This document shows, one piece after another, positions 18,232 to 28,784 of a stretch of 64,000 bases of DNA (the first letter of the stretch is position 1; every line of letters begins with the position of its first letter). The DNA is taken from positions 235,876-299,875 of the IMG/VR virus record IMGVR_UViG_3300036766_000194; one strand, given 5' to 3'. A program made the translations under genes and the position numbers. The notes below the pieces were generated by a model. That model saw only the letters and a list, made by a program, of their open reading frames with translations. It searched no databases and had not been told where the DNA came from.

Positions 18232-21200
18232 TTAGGATATAACCACGTTCACATCACCACTTCCCGTGCTTGTAATTCCCTGAGAATCAATGACTTGGTA
18301 ACTAACACCTATCGTATAAGATCCTGCTAATCCAGATGTGCTAATAAACGGTACTGAAAAACTTCCCGAAGTCTGCAAAGAAGAATTTACATCATTGACC
18401 GAAGAATTCGCCAAATTGGTATTTATGGATATAACACGACTAGTTGGAGAAACAGTGACTTTTCCAGTCAGACCTCCCGGTATGGTAACTGATGTTACGT
18501 TATACTGAACGGGAAGGTGTGCTAATTGGACCGTTACTCCTGCTACAGGAAGAGTCAATGAATATACTCCCGGAGTTGACGCAGCAACTATACTCCAGGA
18601 TTGCGCATTGTATAGAACCGTTATAGTTGTTTCTGCTTTAATCTGAACTGTTATGACGCCGGAAGTGGTTGATGTTTGAGGACTTACTTCCGTATCGGTA
18701 ACTGTCATATTAGAAGAACAAACATATGTTCCCCCAGGAGAAAATTGATTAACTGTGATTCCTAATTGAGCATTAGAAGAGTTATTATTTTGAGGAACAA
18801 ATCTAGCATCACTTTCTCCTGTTATGTTTATGCTGTAAGGTTGATTACCTCCAACAACAGAGACAGGAGCCGCAAAAGATGCTGTAGCTGCATATTCACT
18901 TACCACAGCTGTTATGTTAGTTCCAGTTGCCACCAATGTGGGATAGACAACAGATATGATAGATAATCCGGCTATAGGATTAGCCGTTGTGTGCCCAATA
19001 GTATCAGTTCCTACAGTATTGTTCTTATAATCATAGGCCATATTGAAACCGTCAAAAGTTAGGTTAGTAACTTGAGTTGTGGGCTGACCACCGTTAAGTG
19101 TCCCTGGCGCTCCAACAGTTCCCGGAGGCGGAGATCCTACACTTGTTAAGAGAGGAAGGTCAGAGTCATTGGGTTGATATCCTATGTAGGCAACATTTAG
19201 GATTGCGTTGTTATTTACGGAACGATAAGAAACTCCTACAACAGCTGAGGTGGGGAATCCAACCATAGTTGCGCTACGTGCTTTTATTTGAAGAGAGAAA
19301 GATTGCGAAGCTGTTGTCCCGAATGAAGCAGAAGTAGCCGTCACAACAACACTATTAATACCAGTTACCGTGGGTGTTCCTTGTAGATACGCTCGTGTTC
19401 CCGTAGCCCCTGTTAAAGTTACGCCTGTGGGAAGACCTGTGGCAGTCCAGTTAGCTACCAAATCCGACTGAACATAGTAGGTGCTTGCTGGAATAGAACG
19501 ACCTGCGTACATATATGCAGGTAAATTATTGTTCAATATGTGGATAGGTTGTTGAACGGACTTGTTAATTGTGACACTGATAGTGGTGTCAGTGGTGGAC
19601 TGAATGCTATTAGAATCTGTAGCTCGTACAACAACTTGATATGTTCCTGTTTGTTGAGTAGAAGAAGTGAAATAAATTGTGTTATCGGCTCCTGTGGTTA
19701 AGGAGATGTTAGGTAAGGTGGTCCCACTTCGTACCTGGAATGTATATGGACCAGTTCCTCCCTCTGCTACAAGAGGATAAATCCAACTAGGAGTGGTTGC
19801 CAAGTCAATCGTAAAAGCGGAAGAGTATATAATAGAAACTACCGCAGCATTGGTTGGAGAAGGAAATGTACCTGAAGCCTCCACCGTTATAGATTCACGC
19901 TTAACAGCAGTTGCTGTAACGGATAGAGAAGACTGAACAATGCTTGTAAATTGTGCTAGAACAGAAGTGGACCCTACATCTCCTGCTGCAGGTGTAGAAC
20001 CTCCTGTTTGATTTATAAATACAATTCCAGGAGCAGGACGAGTAAGTGTTCCACTAGGAGCAGCTACACTCATCCAAGCAGGGAGAGATCCTTGTAGAAG
20101 GCTGAAAGTAGCACCTCCGTCACCTGCTGTACTTGTTATCGTAGCGTTACAATAGGGACTACCGCTCTGGTATAAAGCAAATCCATAGAATTGACTTGCC
20201 CCTGGTATGTAAGCAGAACCCACAACAGAGTCAGGTAGAACTCCCCCAGAAATTTGAGTAATTGTCCATGCTGCGGGGTTGGTTCCAGGAACAGTGACCA
20301 CAACGGGGTATATGGTGTAAGTTGTAGAATTTTGCGCTTGAACCGTAACTTGGATAAGTTTTGTGGTAACGTGTCCCACCGCATCAACGGCCTTGATGCC
20401 TACTTGATAGGTTCCATTAGCTTCTGGGATGCCTATGACTTCCGTTCCATAAACACCCACACCTAGCAAGGTGTTTGTGGCAGTAAGATCTAAAGAATAT
20501 TGAATTGGAAGAACACCCCCGGTAGAACTTATCGGGAAGGTTATAGCAACCCCAATTCCCGGAGTAGGCCAACCAGTTGGAGCTTGAGGATAGAAAGACT
20601 GATTTCCTGTCGTGATGATTAGAGTAGGAGGAGCAACTCCAACCACAGTAACCGCAGAAGGGTTGACTATTTGAAGTCCGCTGCCAATAATCCCATCATC
20701 TGTGAAAGCTGTCAGTGTGTAGGGAGACTTACCACCAAAAACAGGTACTGATAATTTAAACTGATCTGATGCATATACCGTTGATTGACTTACTACCCCA
20801 AATCCTAAATCAGCTGGACTTAGAGCCACAGTAAACACCTTAGAAACTCTAGCTCCAATAGCATCTGAAACCTGTATTGTTCCACTGTAGGTTAGATTGA
20901 AGTCGGTGGTGCTGTTGTACGTTACTGGGATACCGTGTAGCAAACCTGTGGAAGAATCAATCATTATTCCCAGAGGCAATGCTCCCGATACGATAGCCCA
21001 AGCATAAGGAGGAAGACCTCCAGTGTTAGTCATTTGAACACTGTAAGGAGTGTTGACCTTAGCTGCTGGTAGAGAAGAAGTTGTAATCACCAAATCAGTT
21101 TGAACTGAGAAAGGAAAAGAAGCACTGGCAATTGAGCCGTTAGCATCTGCTACAGAAAAATTGACAGTGAAATTTCCTAAAGCTAAAGGAGTTCCGCTTA

Positions 21201-24200
21201 AAGTACCGTCAATACTTAAAGTTAAACCAGAAGGCAAAGAAAAGTCAGTGTACCAAGAATAGGGGGGGTTCCCACTGATTGCCTGAAGTTTAAATTCCGT
21301 CATAGGTTTACCCACAATAACGGTGGGTAAGGTTACGGTACTTATCTTTACCGTACTGGTTTGAAGAATAGCCCCTGGAGAAAGAAGATCAGGGAGATTT
21401 AATAATTCCTTTGAAAGAGGACGGCCTTGTAAAGGAAACACGTCCAATGCCATAGTATCTAAGAGAGACGAAGCATTATTAAAACGTGAAGTAGCAACTA
21501 ATAGTTTAAGTTCATTTGTTACCGTATCACGGACCAGGCTGCGAGAAGCAACTTCCCAAGGTTCCGGTTTAACAAGAGCAGCCGTGGCATCCACTATTTC
21601 GAACCCTTGATCACCAGAAATACCCAGGGTGCCTGTTAGGTCTCCTGCTCCTGTTTGCGCCGTACTAAACTGTTGATTCGTAACGAATAGAGACAACACA
21701 TAGGTTCGACGCAGTTTAACCGGAGGATTACTATTGCTAAAGTCGTTTTGAGAAGTGATTGTAACTGTCTGAGTACCTGGAGTACTGAAAGATTTAGCAA
21801 ATGAACGAACAGATAAAGGTACAAATCCAGTGGTTGTATTGTCTTGGTAAGTTACACTCCAAGAGTCTGCTCCTGCATAAGCGGGGTTCAAAGAAATAAC
21901 TACAGGTTGCCCAAGCATTGTGGTCGCTATAGACAGACTAACCGAACTAGATGTTAATTCGGTAGGAAATTTATGACTTTGATCCCACGGAGCAGAATTC
22001 GTTGCTAAAGAAGGATTAGTAGTCAGGGCCGTCATATTGACGGCATAGTCACCCGAAGCTAACACCGTTTCATAGATTCTATTAGAAAGAGTAGAACCAG
22101 GGAATTCTAGACCTGTAGGCAAACTACCATTCAAAGTCTGTAATTGAGGAGTTCCTCCTGGAATCTTAGTTAGATAAATGTCCCAGGCTCTATAGGCAGT
22201 GTATCCACCACTTACCACATAAGGCTGCCAATTCAAGGTCAGATTGTAGCCGCTATCAAGGGTACCAATTGTGAGAGATCCTAACAATTGAGAACTTGCT
22301 TGTATAGAACTGGACAGTACGATTATAGGAAGACTGTAAGAAGTTCCATAATAAGAAGATCCGTAAACAGATATAACAGAAGTAGTAGGTTGAGAGGTTG
22401 CTGCCTGAGTTACTCCTAGAACGTTTCTAGATCCGCTAGAAGAGGTGCTCTGTAGGAACTTGAGGGTAACTGGCGTACCTGTTAAACTCCACTGTATGTT
22501 ATAGTTTGTGTTGTCTGGTTCCGATGCTGGGTTCACAGCCACTCCAACAACGGTAGGAGTGGTGATCATTAAAGGCGCGGCATTTTGAGTAACTGTCAAC
22601 GTAACTAACCCACTTTGACTAGGAGCATATCCGGTACTGGAGGCATATACATGAAAAGTATAAGTCCCTGCCGTCAAAGCATTTCCAATAATCTGGTTAC
22701 TGGAAATAAACACTCCATCCGGTGCTCCAATCAAAGAGTATGTTGCAGAAATTGGGCTAGCCGTAACCACATCAGTGGAAGTTAGAGTTACAGGAGTCAT
22801 TGTGGCTCCTGTTTGAGTGCTTATGGGGATGGCAGAACCCCCGTTAATTACCAGTGTTCTCTTGCCATAACTACGCACGGTTGCTTCGGCAAAACCTGTG
22901 CGAGTTGTTGGGCTACCGTTATTTGCTGAAATCTTTATTCCCCATTTTTGACTAGGATCCGCCGTAACTGGGATGACAACGGGAATAGTGGCGGTCAGAC
23001 TGGAAGATGTTAAACTGTAAGGACCCAACGCCGATAAACCCGCTTCAAGACTACTTCCCGTCTCGGATGTTATAGCAAGAGTAAATGTTTCAGCATTAAA
23101 TTCCCCCGCAGCGACGGCTGAAACAACTACGTTAACCGTATCCCCAGCATAGCCTTGATATAATCCTGCCCCTCCGGGAGCAGTGCTCAATTGTAGTTTT
23201 ATGGCATTTGTAGCTGCCCAAGTGGTACTACCTGTGGAAGTTTGAAAGGATCCCAGAGTCTTTGTAGCATAGACTGTATGAGGAACAGCTTGATCCGATA
23301 CCGTGAGAGTAAAAGTTACCGATCCTCCCCCAGACGGAGTCCATTGTGAAGAAACTAATCCTGTACTGGTTACGTTACCCGATGCCCCTGTAAAACTTCC
23401 TGTAGCAGTTCCTGACATGACCCACAAATACTGAAGAGACTTGTTTTGACCTTGTAGATAATTTACCGCAAAATCCAACTGAAATCTAGAATTAGCGTTG
23501 TCATAATAAACGTCAGCTATCACATCGATAGTTCCAACTTTACTGGTCAAAGAAGAAACTTGGAAAGTTTTAGTGAAAGCACGATCGGGAGAATCATAAA
23601 ATGACCCTGGACGATAGGCTGAAAGTGTCAAAGGCGCTGATACCGGAGTTACGAGTTGTAACCCCCCCGAAACAGTTGTCATGCTGGTCGGAGAAGGGTC
23701 GTTAACATGTAAAATTGCTGTGGTACCATCTTTATCAATGAAATTCAAACCAGAAGGCAGACTAACCGGAGGGATAAAATTCACTCCACTAACAATAGTA
23801 CCATTAAGACCCACACCTACAATGGTCGTATCAGTTACCGTGGAATCATAACTTGGTATGATAAGAGTAGTGAGATCTGATGAGGATTCTTTGATGTAAA
23901 AAGGTTCTTTTACTTCCAGAAGAATGGGGAAATAAAGGGTGGTTACACCATCAGTAGCTGTTACATAAAATTCAAAAGGATCAGTTCCAGGGAGAGCACT
24001 AGAAAAGGATAGAGTAAGAATACTTCCAGTAGAATCTACAGCACTGGTTAAAAAACTAGGTGCAGACGGGGAAACAGTGTATACCGTAGTCCCTGCCGCG
24101 CCCGAAGCTGTTAGAGTTCCTAGTATTCCTGACGACAGAGAAGCGACACGAACGGATAGTCCCGGTATCCCAGCAGTTTGAACCAAAATCATTACGTTGT

Positions 24201-24240
24201 TTGTTTTTGCAACAAAATTGGGTTGTAGTGATAGACTCAT
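18232..24240 (-). CDS. giant Ig-repeat (He_PIG-like) virion protein, 2002 aa
   Basis: Ser/Thr-rich, with repeated LPSGLTL..GTLSGTP units. Confidence 0.85.
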   Translation of the reverse strand: MSLSLQPNFVAKTNNVMILVQTAGIPGLSVRVASLSSGILGTLTASGAAGTTVYTVSPSAPSFLTSAVDSTGSILTLSFSSALPGTDPFEFYVTATDGVTTLYFPILLEVKEPFYIKESSSDLTTLIIPSYDSTVTDTTIVGVGLNGTIVSGVNFIPPVSLPSGLNFIDKDGTTAILHVNDPSPTSMTTVSGGLQLVTPVSAPLTLSAYRPGSFYDSPDRAFTKTFQVSSLTSKVGTIDVIADVYYDNANSRFQLDFAVNYLQGQNKSLQYLWVMSGTATGSFTGASGNVTSTGLVSSQWTPSGGGSVTFTLTVSDQAVPHTVYATKTLGSFQTSTGSTTWAATNAIKLQLSTAPGGAGLYQGYAGDTVNVVVSAVAAGEFNAETFTLAITSETGSSLEAGLSALGPYSLTSSSLTATIPVVIPVTADPSQKWGIKISANNGSPTTRTGFAEATVRSYGKRTLVINGGSAIPISTQTGATMTPVTLTSTDVVTASPISATYSLIGAPDGVFISSNQIIGNALTAGTYTFHVYASSTGYAPSQSGLVTLTVTQNAAPLMITTPTVVGVAVNPASEPDNTNYNIQWSLTGTPVTLKFLQSTSSSGSRNVLGVTQAATSQPTTSVISVYGSSYYGTSYSLPIIVLSSSIQASSQLLGSLTIGTLDSGYNLTLNWQPYVVSGGYTAYRAWDIYLTKIPGGTPQLQTLNGSLPTGLEFPGSTLSNRIYETVLASGDYAVNMTALTTNPSLATNSAPWDQSHKFPTELTSSSVSLSIATTMLGQPVVISLNPAYAGADSWSVTYQDNTTTGFVPLSVRSFAKSFSTPGTQTVTITSQNDFSNSNPPVKLRRTYVLSLFVTNQQFSTAQTGAGDLTGTLGISGDQGFEIVDATAALVKPEPWEVASRSLVRDTVTNELKLLVATSRFNNASSLLDTMALDVFPLQGRPLSKELLNLPDLLSPGAILQTSTVKISTVTLPTVIVGKPMTEFKLQAISGNPPYSWYTDFSLPSGLTLSIDGTLSGTPLALGNFTVNFSVADANGSIASASFPFSVQTDLVITTSSLPAAKVNTPYSVQMTNTGGLPPYAWAIVSGALPLGIMIDSSTGLLHGIPVTYNSTTDFNLTYSGTIQVSDAIGARVSKVFTVALSPADLGFGVVSQSTVYASDQFKLSVPVFGGKSPYTLTAFTDDGIIGSGLQIVNPSAVTVVGVAPPTLIITTGNQSFYPQAPTGWPTPGIGVAITFPISSTGGVLPIQYSLDLTATNTLLGVGVYGTEVIGIPEANGTYQVGIKAVDAVGHVTTKLIQVTVQAQNSTTYTIYPVVVTVPGTNPAAWTITQISGGVLPDSVVGSAYIPGASQFYGFALYQSGSPYCNATITSTAGDGGATFSLLQGSLPAWMSVAAPSGTLTRPAPGIVFINQTGGSTPAAGDVGSTSVLAQFTSIVQSSLSVTATAVKRESITVEASGTFPSPTNAAVVSIIYSSAFTIDLATTPSWIYPLVAEGGTGPYTFQVRSGTTLPNISLTTGADNTIYFTSSTQQTGTYQVVVRATDSNSIQSTTDTTISVTINKSVQQPIHILNNNLPAYMYAGRSIPASTYYVQSDLVANWTATGLPTGVTLTGATGTRAYLQGTPTVTGINSVVVTATSASFGTTASQSFSLQIKARSATMVGFPTSAVVGVSYRSVNNNAILNVAYIGYQPNDSDLPLLTSVGSPPPGTVGAPGTLNGGQPTTQVTNLTFDGFNMAYDYKNNTVGTDTIGHTTANPIAGLSIISVVYPTLVATGTNITAVVSEYAATASFAAPVSVVGGNQPYSINITGESDARFVPQNNNSSNAQLGITVNQFSPGGTYVCSSNMTVTDTEVSPQTSTTSGVITVQIKAETTITVLYNAQSWSIVAASTPGVYSLTLPVAGVTVQLAHLPVQYNVTSVTIPGGLTGKVTVSPTSRVISINTNLANSSVNDVNSSLQTSGSFSVPFISTSGLAGSYTIGVSYQVIDSQGITSTGSGDVNVVIS

Positions 24241-24247
24241 CTTTATC

Positions 24248-27200
24248 CTAATTCAAGTTAGACGTTTGGGAGGAAGAACTATCTAGTGTAACTCCCCCCA
24301 ATAACGGATTAATTGAAACCGTGCGCTGAAATACCGAATTAGATGTCAGCGAAGCAGAACCCGCTGATTGAAACGACCCCAGGCAACTTATGCTGCTATT
24401 CAAACTAGCACTAGCAATCCCCGTTGAAGCCACCAAGTTATTCTCTGATACTGTATCTGTTCCATGATTCTCTAATGTCAGAGAGGAAGAACGATTAGCA
24501 ACATAGAATATTCCTGGATCGGTATTTACTCTAACAACTAGGTTATTTCCAGAAACAACCATCTCCGACTGCACCATAACATGTCCCATTCCTCCATCAG
24601 ATAGTGTTAAAGCTCCTCCGGTTATGGTAACGATACATGCTTGCTCATAAGACCCTGCCTGAATATTATCCGTAAAGTTACAGTTCACATATTCAATAGC
24701 GGAAGCAACACCTTTCACAGCAGGATCCACAAAATTATTAAATGTGATTTTGTTAAAAATAACTCGAGTGTTATCAACAAAGAAAGCCGAAGTTGGCCCA
24801 TCTCCAAATCCTGAGTATCCAGTAGCATCAATAACCACATTGTTTTGAGATCCTGTTTGAGCAGAAATCACAAGACGACCTGAATCTTGTATTGTATAGG
24901 CTATGTTTCCAACAGCATAATGCTTTGCGGTTATGATAGTACCATCCCCCAAAGCCACTACAACAAGACTAGTTTTTATAGCAGACATGAGAAAAGGAAC
25001 ACCTGTATCAATAAGTTGAATGTTACAAGGGTGGCGCAATACAGGGGGTAGGGTAGCTAAAGCAGAAGCTACACCTAACTTCGCCGTAGTAACAGTTAAA
25101 CCGTCATTTGTGTCAACTCCACTTACATTGTTTACATACAAAGTAATAGGTGCTTGGGTGGCTAACAGATTATTTCCTAGAACAGTCTTAGGAGTAACAG
25201 GAACAATAGCGTATCCAATGTGAGGGGTGGCTCTATTAAACCCTCTAGAACCTCCTTGAGAAATAAATTGTATAACTTTACGCTTGTCTTTATTGAAAGG
25301 ATCTATGTAATCGTTTGTGTGTAAAGGAACCTCAAAAGTGTGCTCTACATTTTGAAATTTCTTAGCTACATAATTGCTGTCAAAGAAGGAAGAAACGGCT
25401 CCATTTACAAGTGAACTATCCGACCAAGTTATTAGAGAAGGTAATGTCATACAGATAGGAAGTTCCCTATTATAAGGATAGACATCCTGTAATCCTACGA
25501 TCGGGGCTGAACCTGTTCCATTAGTTGTAACCAACCCAAAATCATCTGTATGGAGAAATTCATAATTACGATTTAAGATCCCTTCTCCCTGATAAGGAAT
25601 GTAATTTTCCACAACAGTCAATTGAGTGTTTATAGAGAACGCAGGGAGTATAGCCGCTCCAAAAAAGAATTTTTGAGTAGTCAAATTGGAGGGTCCCGGG
25701 ACGTTAATAATAACCAACCCATTTTGAAACGAAGCACTAGCAATTTGAACCGCAGTAAACAAAATAGGATCTATAGTGTCCTGCACCCAAATTAGTTTAT
25801 TTACATCATCTCCACTCAACCCCTTCAAAACACAATCAGAAGAAGCTAAAACTAGAACGTTATTATTAGAAGAATAGGTGTTAGAAACTACGGTAATTCT
25901 ATTATCCATAGGAAGACTTAAATTAGAGACGTAATTGCCCACTAAAACGGTTTCTTCTATACGAGTAATTCCCTTAACTGGAGCATTAAATAGAAGCTGA
26001 CAGGTTTGATGCGCCAAATAAGTGATCAACACTGTAGAAGACGGGGGAACCGCACCAGAAACAACTACGATAGCATTAGAACTTTTAATGCTACGAGAGA
26101 TAACAGTATACGCATTTCCAGAAACACTATCGGCAGCAGAAACAATGTAAAGACCATCCATACCCGCGTCTAATTGTGTACGGTTCAAAGTAAAAGTTGT
26201 AACGGTAGAACCTGAAACAACTGATTGTACTCCGGTAGAACCAGCCACAGATACAACAATGCGGGTACCAAAAATGGTATTAGAAAACTTATTGTTTATG
26301 GCTGTAACCTTTGTTGCTGTAAGAACAGGTTGATCTGCAAAGGGAGCAAATTCGGATACCCCGAATACAGGAAGAGTTCTTCCTGTTGCTCCATCTATTA
26401 ATTGTCCTCCTTCCACAAATGTAGGAACAATCTTTAAATCTATTCCTGTTCCTGCTGGATACTTAGTTCCTAATGTCACAAATATGGGGTTTGTTCCAGG
26501 ATCAAAACTGGTATTTGTAAGATTAGCTGTGAGGGTGATAAAAACTGTCTTTGTTCCTAATCCTGATACACTAATTTGTCCTGGGAGCAAGAAAGCTGGA
26601 ACATTAGAGCCATTAGTCTGAGACACTAATATTTGAACCTGAGCAGAATCTATAGTAGCTAAAGACTGAGCAGGAAGAGAAATTGAAAAAGCGTCATTTT
26701 GAATCCATGGACGGCCAGAAATTCCAACATTCTTCTGATTTATAGTTATCTGTTTAGTGGTGTAATAAGTACGCTGATCGGAACTAAACCCGTTGGAAAA
26801 TCCATCAAATGATCCTACTGTGTCTGTATTTAAAAGAGCAGTAGAAGACATAGATACATAATATTCCAGTTTTGAACCTAGTGCTAAAGGACTATTACCG
26901 GGAGACTTGCCTCTACCTATAGCACATTGAGTGGCTCCTGAAACAAGATCAGCAAATCCTTGGCTACAAAGTAGAGAGTTATCAAATCCTTCTAAAGCTA
27001 TGGTTTGTCGTGTGTCAATAACATGATCTTGATAGACAATGTCAGCAAATTTAGAATCAAATCTTCCACTATCTTTAGAACTCAAAAGACCAGAATTAGG
27101 AATAGAGGACGAGGGATTACTTGTTCCAAAAATGTTAGATTGCACAGAAAATGGTCCAGAATTCAATTGAAAACATACCGCAACAGGCATAGCATAGGAG

Positions 27201-28186
27201 TATCCATCCATAGTATTTAGAGAGTTGTTTGTATTCCCATCTCCGGAACGCCATAGGCCCGTATCTCCATTTATAGAACCCATGTTGGTAAATTGGTAAA
27301 TAGAAGATTCTACTGGGGTACTGGAAGAACCTCTTCCGTACACAATTTCATCGGTTCTTGCCCCTGGATCCAACCCAAAACGGTACTTTGTAAAATCATA
27401 TCCAAGCCCTATAGATTGACCTCTTATAGCCCACTGAATTTGAGCACGTTCTGTGGTAAATAATCCTTGGAAGGGGTCTATACTATCATCCGGGATCATG
27501 TTTGCTAGAGAAGCATAGTAACATCCATAAGGGAAGAAATATTTTTGATTTACTCCTCCTATTTGTCCCAATGTATCAACAAAATATCCTGCACCAGAAA
27601 CAGGATTAAGAGCAGCATACCAAAATTCCAGATAAAATACATAGATTTGAGCGGGTTTATTTGTAGACCCTTGGGTGTAAAATTGAGGAGGAGGAAGAAA
27701 TACGTTATTGCTTTTTGGGTCATAAACCCCCTTATTTATCCACACCACAGAACTGTCAGTTGTTGAAGCTCCTAAAGTGGTATTAAATGTGGGAAGTGTC
27801 AACCCGGTGGTTCCTGTAGTGGTTACTCTATAGACAAATCCCCCCGAAGTTATCTGACTTCCTAGATTGAAGGTTGTACTTGCTTTCCATATACTAGGAG
27901 CATTGTTTCCCGCAATAGTTACCACTTCTCCATTAAAGAGAACATCAAAAGTTGGGAGGGTAAAGATGTTGGATATGTTATTCTTGAATACAAATGGACT
28001 CCAAGACAATACTCCAGAAGTTGTTTGGCTTTCTAGTAAACGTTGTCTTTTAGAATCTTGTAAGTCCTGAATCAGGTTTACGTCGGCATCGGAAATTTGA
28101 CGATCATGTTGTCCTACAACAGTTACCAATGACTTCTTAGCAGGATCCAAAGTACGACTTATTGAAGTGGGATACAATTTAGGCAT
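24248..28186 (-). CDS. baseplate/tail fibre protein with probable C-terminal beta-helix, 1312 aa
   Basis: N-terminal VVGQHDRQISDADVNLIQD attachment-type motif; TLYVNNVSG.DTNDGL followed by beta-helix-like sequence. Confidence 0.65.
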   Translation of the reverse strand: MPKLYPTSISRTLDPAKKSLVTVVGQHDRQISDADVNLIQDLQDSKRQRLLESQTTSGVLSWSPFVFKNNISNIFTLPTFDVLFNGEVVTIAGNNAPSIWKASTTFNLGSQITSGGFVYRVTTTGTTGLTLPTFNTTLGASTTDSSVVWINKGVYDPKSNNVFLPPPQFYTQGSTNKPAQIYVFYLEFWYAALNPVSGAGYFVDTLGQIGGVNQKYFFPYGCYYASLANMIPDDSIDPFQGLFTTERAQIQWAIRGQSIGLGYDFTKYRFGLDPGARTDEIVYGRGSSSTPVESSIYQFTNMGSINGDTGLWRSGDGNTNNSLNTMDGYSYAMPVAVCFQLNSGPFSVQSNIFGTSNPSSSIPNSGLLSSKDSGRFDSKFADIVYQDHVIDTRQTIALEGFDNSLLCSQGFADLVSGATQCAIGRGKSPGNSPLALGSKLEYYVSMSSTALLNTDTVGSFDGFSNGFSSDQRTYYTTKQITINQKNVGISGRPWIQNDAFSISLPAQSLATIDSAQVQILVSQTNGSNVPAFLLPGQISVSGLGTKTVFITLTANLTNTSFDPGTNPIFVTLGTKYPAGTGIDLKIVPTFVEGGQLIDGATGRTLPVFGVSEFAPFADQPVLTATKVTAINNKFSNTIFGTRIVVSVAGSTGVQSVVSGSTVTTFTLNRTQLDAGMDGLYIVSAADSVSGNAYTVISRSIKSSNAIVVVSGAVPPSSTVLITYLAHQTCQLLFNAPVKGITRIEETVLVGNYVSNLSLPMDNRITVVSNTYSSNNNVLVLASSDCVLKGLSGDDVNKLIWVQDTIDPILFTAVQIASASFQNGLVIINVPGPSNLTTQKFFFGAAILPAFSINTQLTVVENYIPYQGEGILNRNYEFLHTDDFGLVTTNGTGSAPIVGLQDVYPYNRELPICMTLPSLITWSDSSLVNGAVSSFFDSNYVAKKFQNVEHTFEVPLHTNDYIDPFNKDKRKVIQFISQGGSRGFNRATPHIGYAIVPVTPKTVLGNNLLATQAPITLYVNNVSGVDTNDGLTVTTAKLGVASALATLPPVLRHPCNIQLIDTGVPFLMSAIKTSLVVVALGDGTIITAKHYAVGNIAYTIQDSGRLVISAQTGSQNNVVIDATGYSGFGDGPTSAFFVDNTRVIFNKITFNNFVDPAVKGVASAIEYVNCNFTDNIQAGSYEQACIVTITGGALTLSDGGMGHVMVQSEMVVSGNNLVVRVNTDPGIFYVANRSSSLTLENHGTDTVSENNLVASTGIASASLNSSISCLGSFQSAGSASLTSNSVFQRTVSINPLLGGVTLDSSSSQTSNLN

Positions 28187-28341
28187 GGTGTCTCTTAGCG
28201 CATTCCCTCTATACTGTGTTCAGAAATATGTTTAACATACTACAGAAAGTCATTTGTCCTCTTTAAGAGGATGAAAGTTTTTAACTATGAAGTTCTAAAG
28301 GTAGAAGGCTACAAAGGGATTACCCGTAATGGGGAGGATAC

Positions 28342-28758
28342 ATGGCAACAACTGCTGCTGTAACAAATCAGTTCAAGCAAGACATACTAAACGGAGTTCA
28401 CCAACCGGGCGACACCTACAAGGTGGCTCTCTACACGAGTGCGGGCGCAACTCTGAACAACTCCACCACGGCTTACACCGCCACGGGTGAAATCACGGGG
28501 ACGGGATACACAGCGGGTGGGGTAGCTATGGCTGGATTCACCGTGAGCATCTCCACCAACACAGCTTACATTGACTGGTCTACTGATCCTTCCTGGGCGA
28601 GTTCCACAATAACAGCGGATACGGCTCTCATCTATAACAGCACCCGCACCAATAAAGCCATTGCTGTTTTGACGTTCTCTTCTACCTCGTCCACGGCGGG
28701 GACATGGACATTGGTATTGCCCGCTCCGGGCGCAACAGCAACCGTTACCTTGGCATAA
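28342..28758 (+). CDS. small phage virion structural protein
   Basis: FKQDILNG.H...YKVALY...Y..TGE..GTGYTAGG...ALIYN, a widespread phage structural family; GGAGG RBS. Confidence 0.75.
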   Translation: MATTAAVTNQFKQDILNGVHQPGDTYKVALYTSAGATLNNSTTAYTATGEITGTGYTAGGVAMAGFTVSISTNTAYIDWSTDPSWASSTITADTALIYNSTRTNKAIAVLTFSSTSSTAGTWTLVLPAPGATATVTLA

Positions 28759-28784
28759 TCCTCCTCCGCCTATAGGAGGGCATA

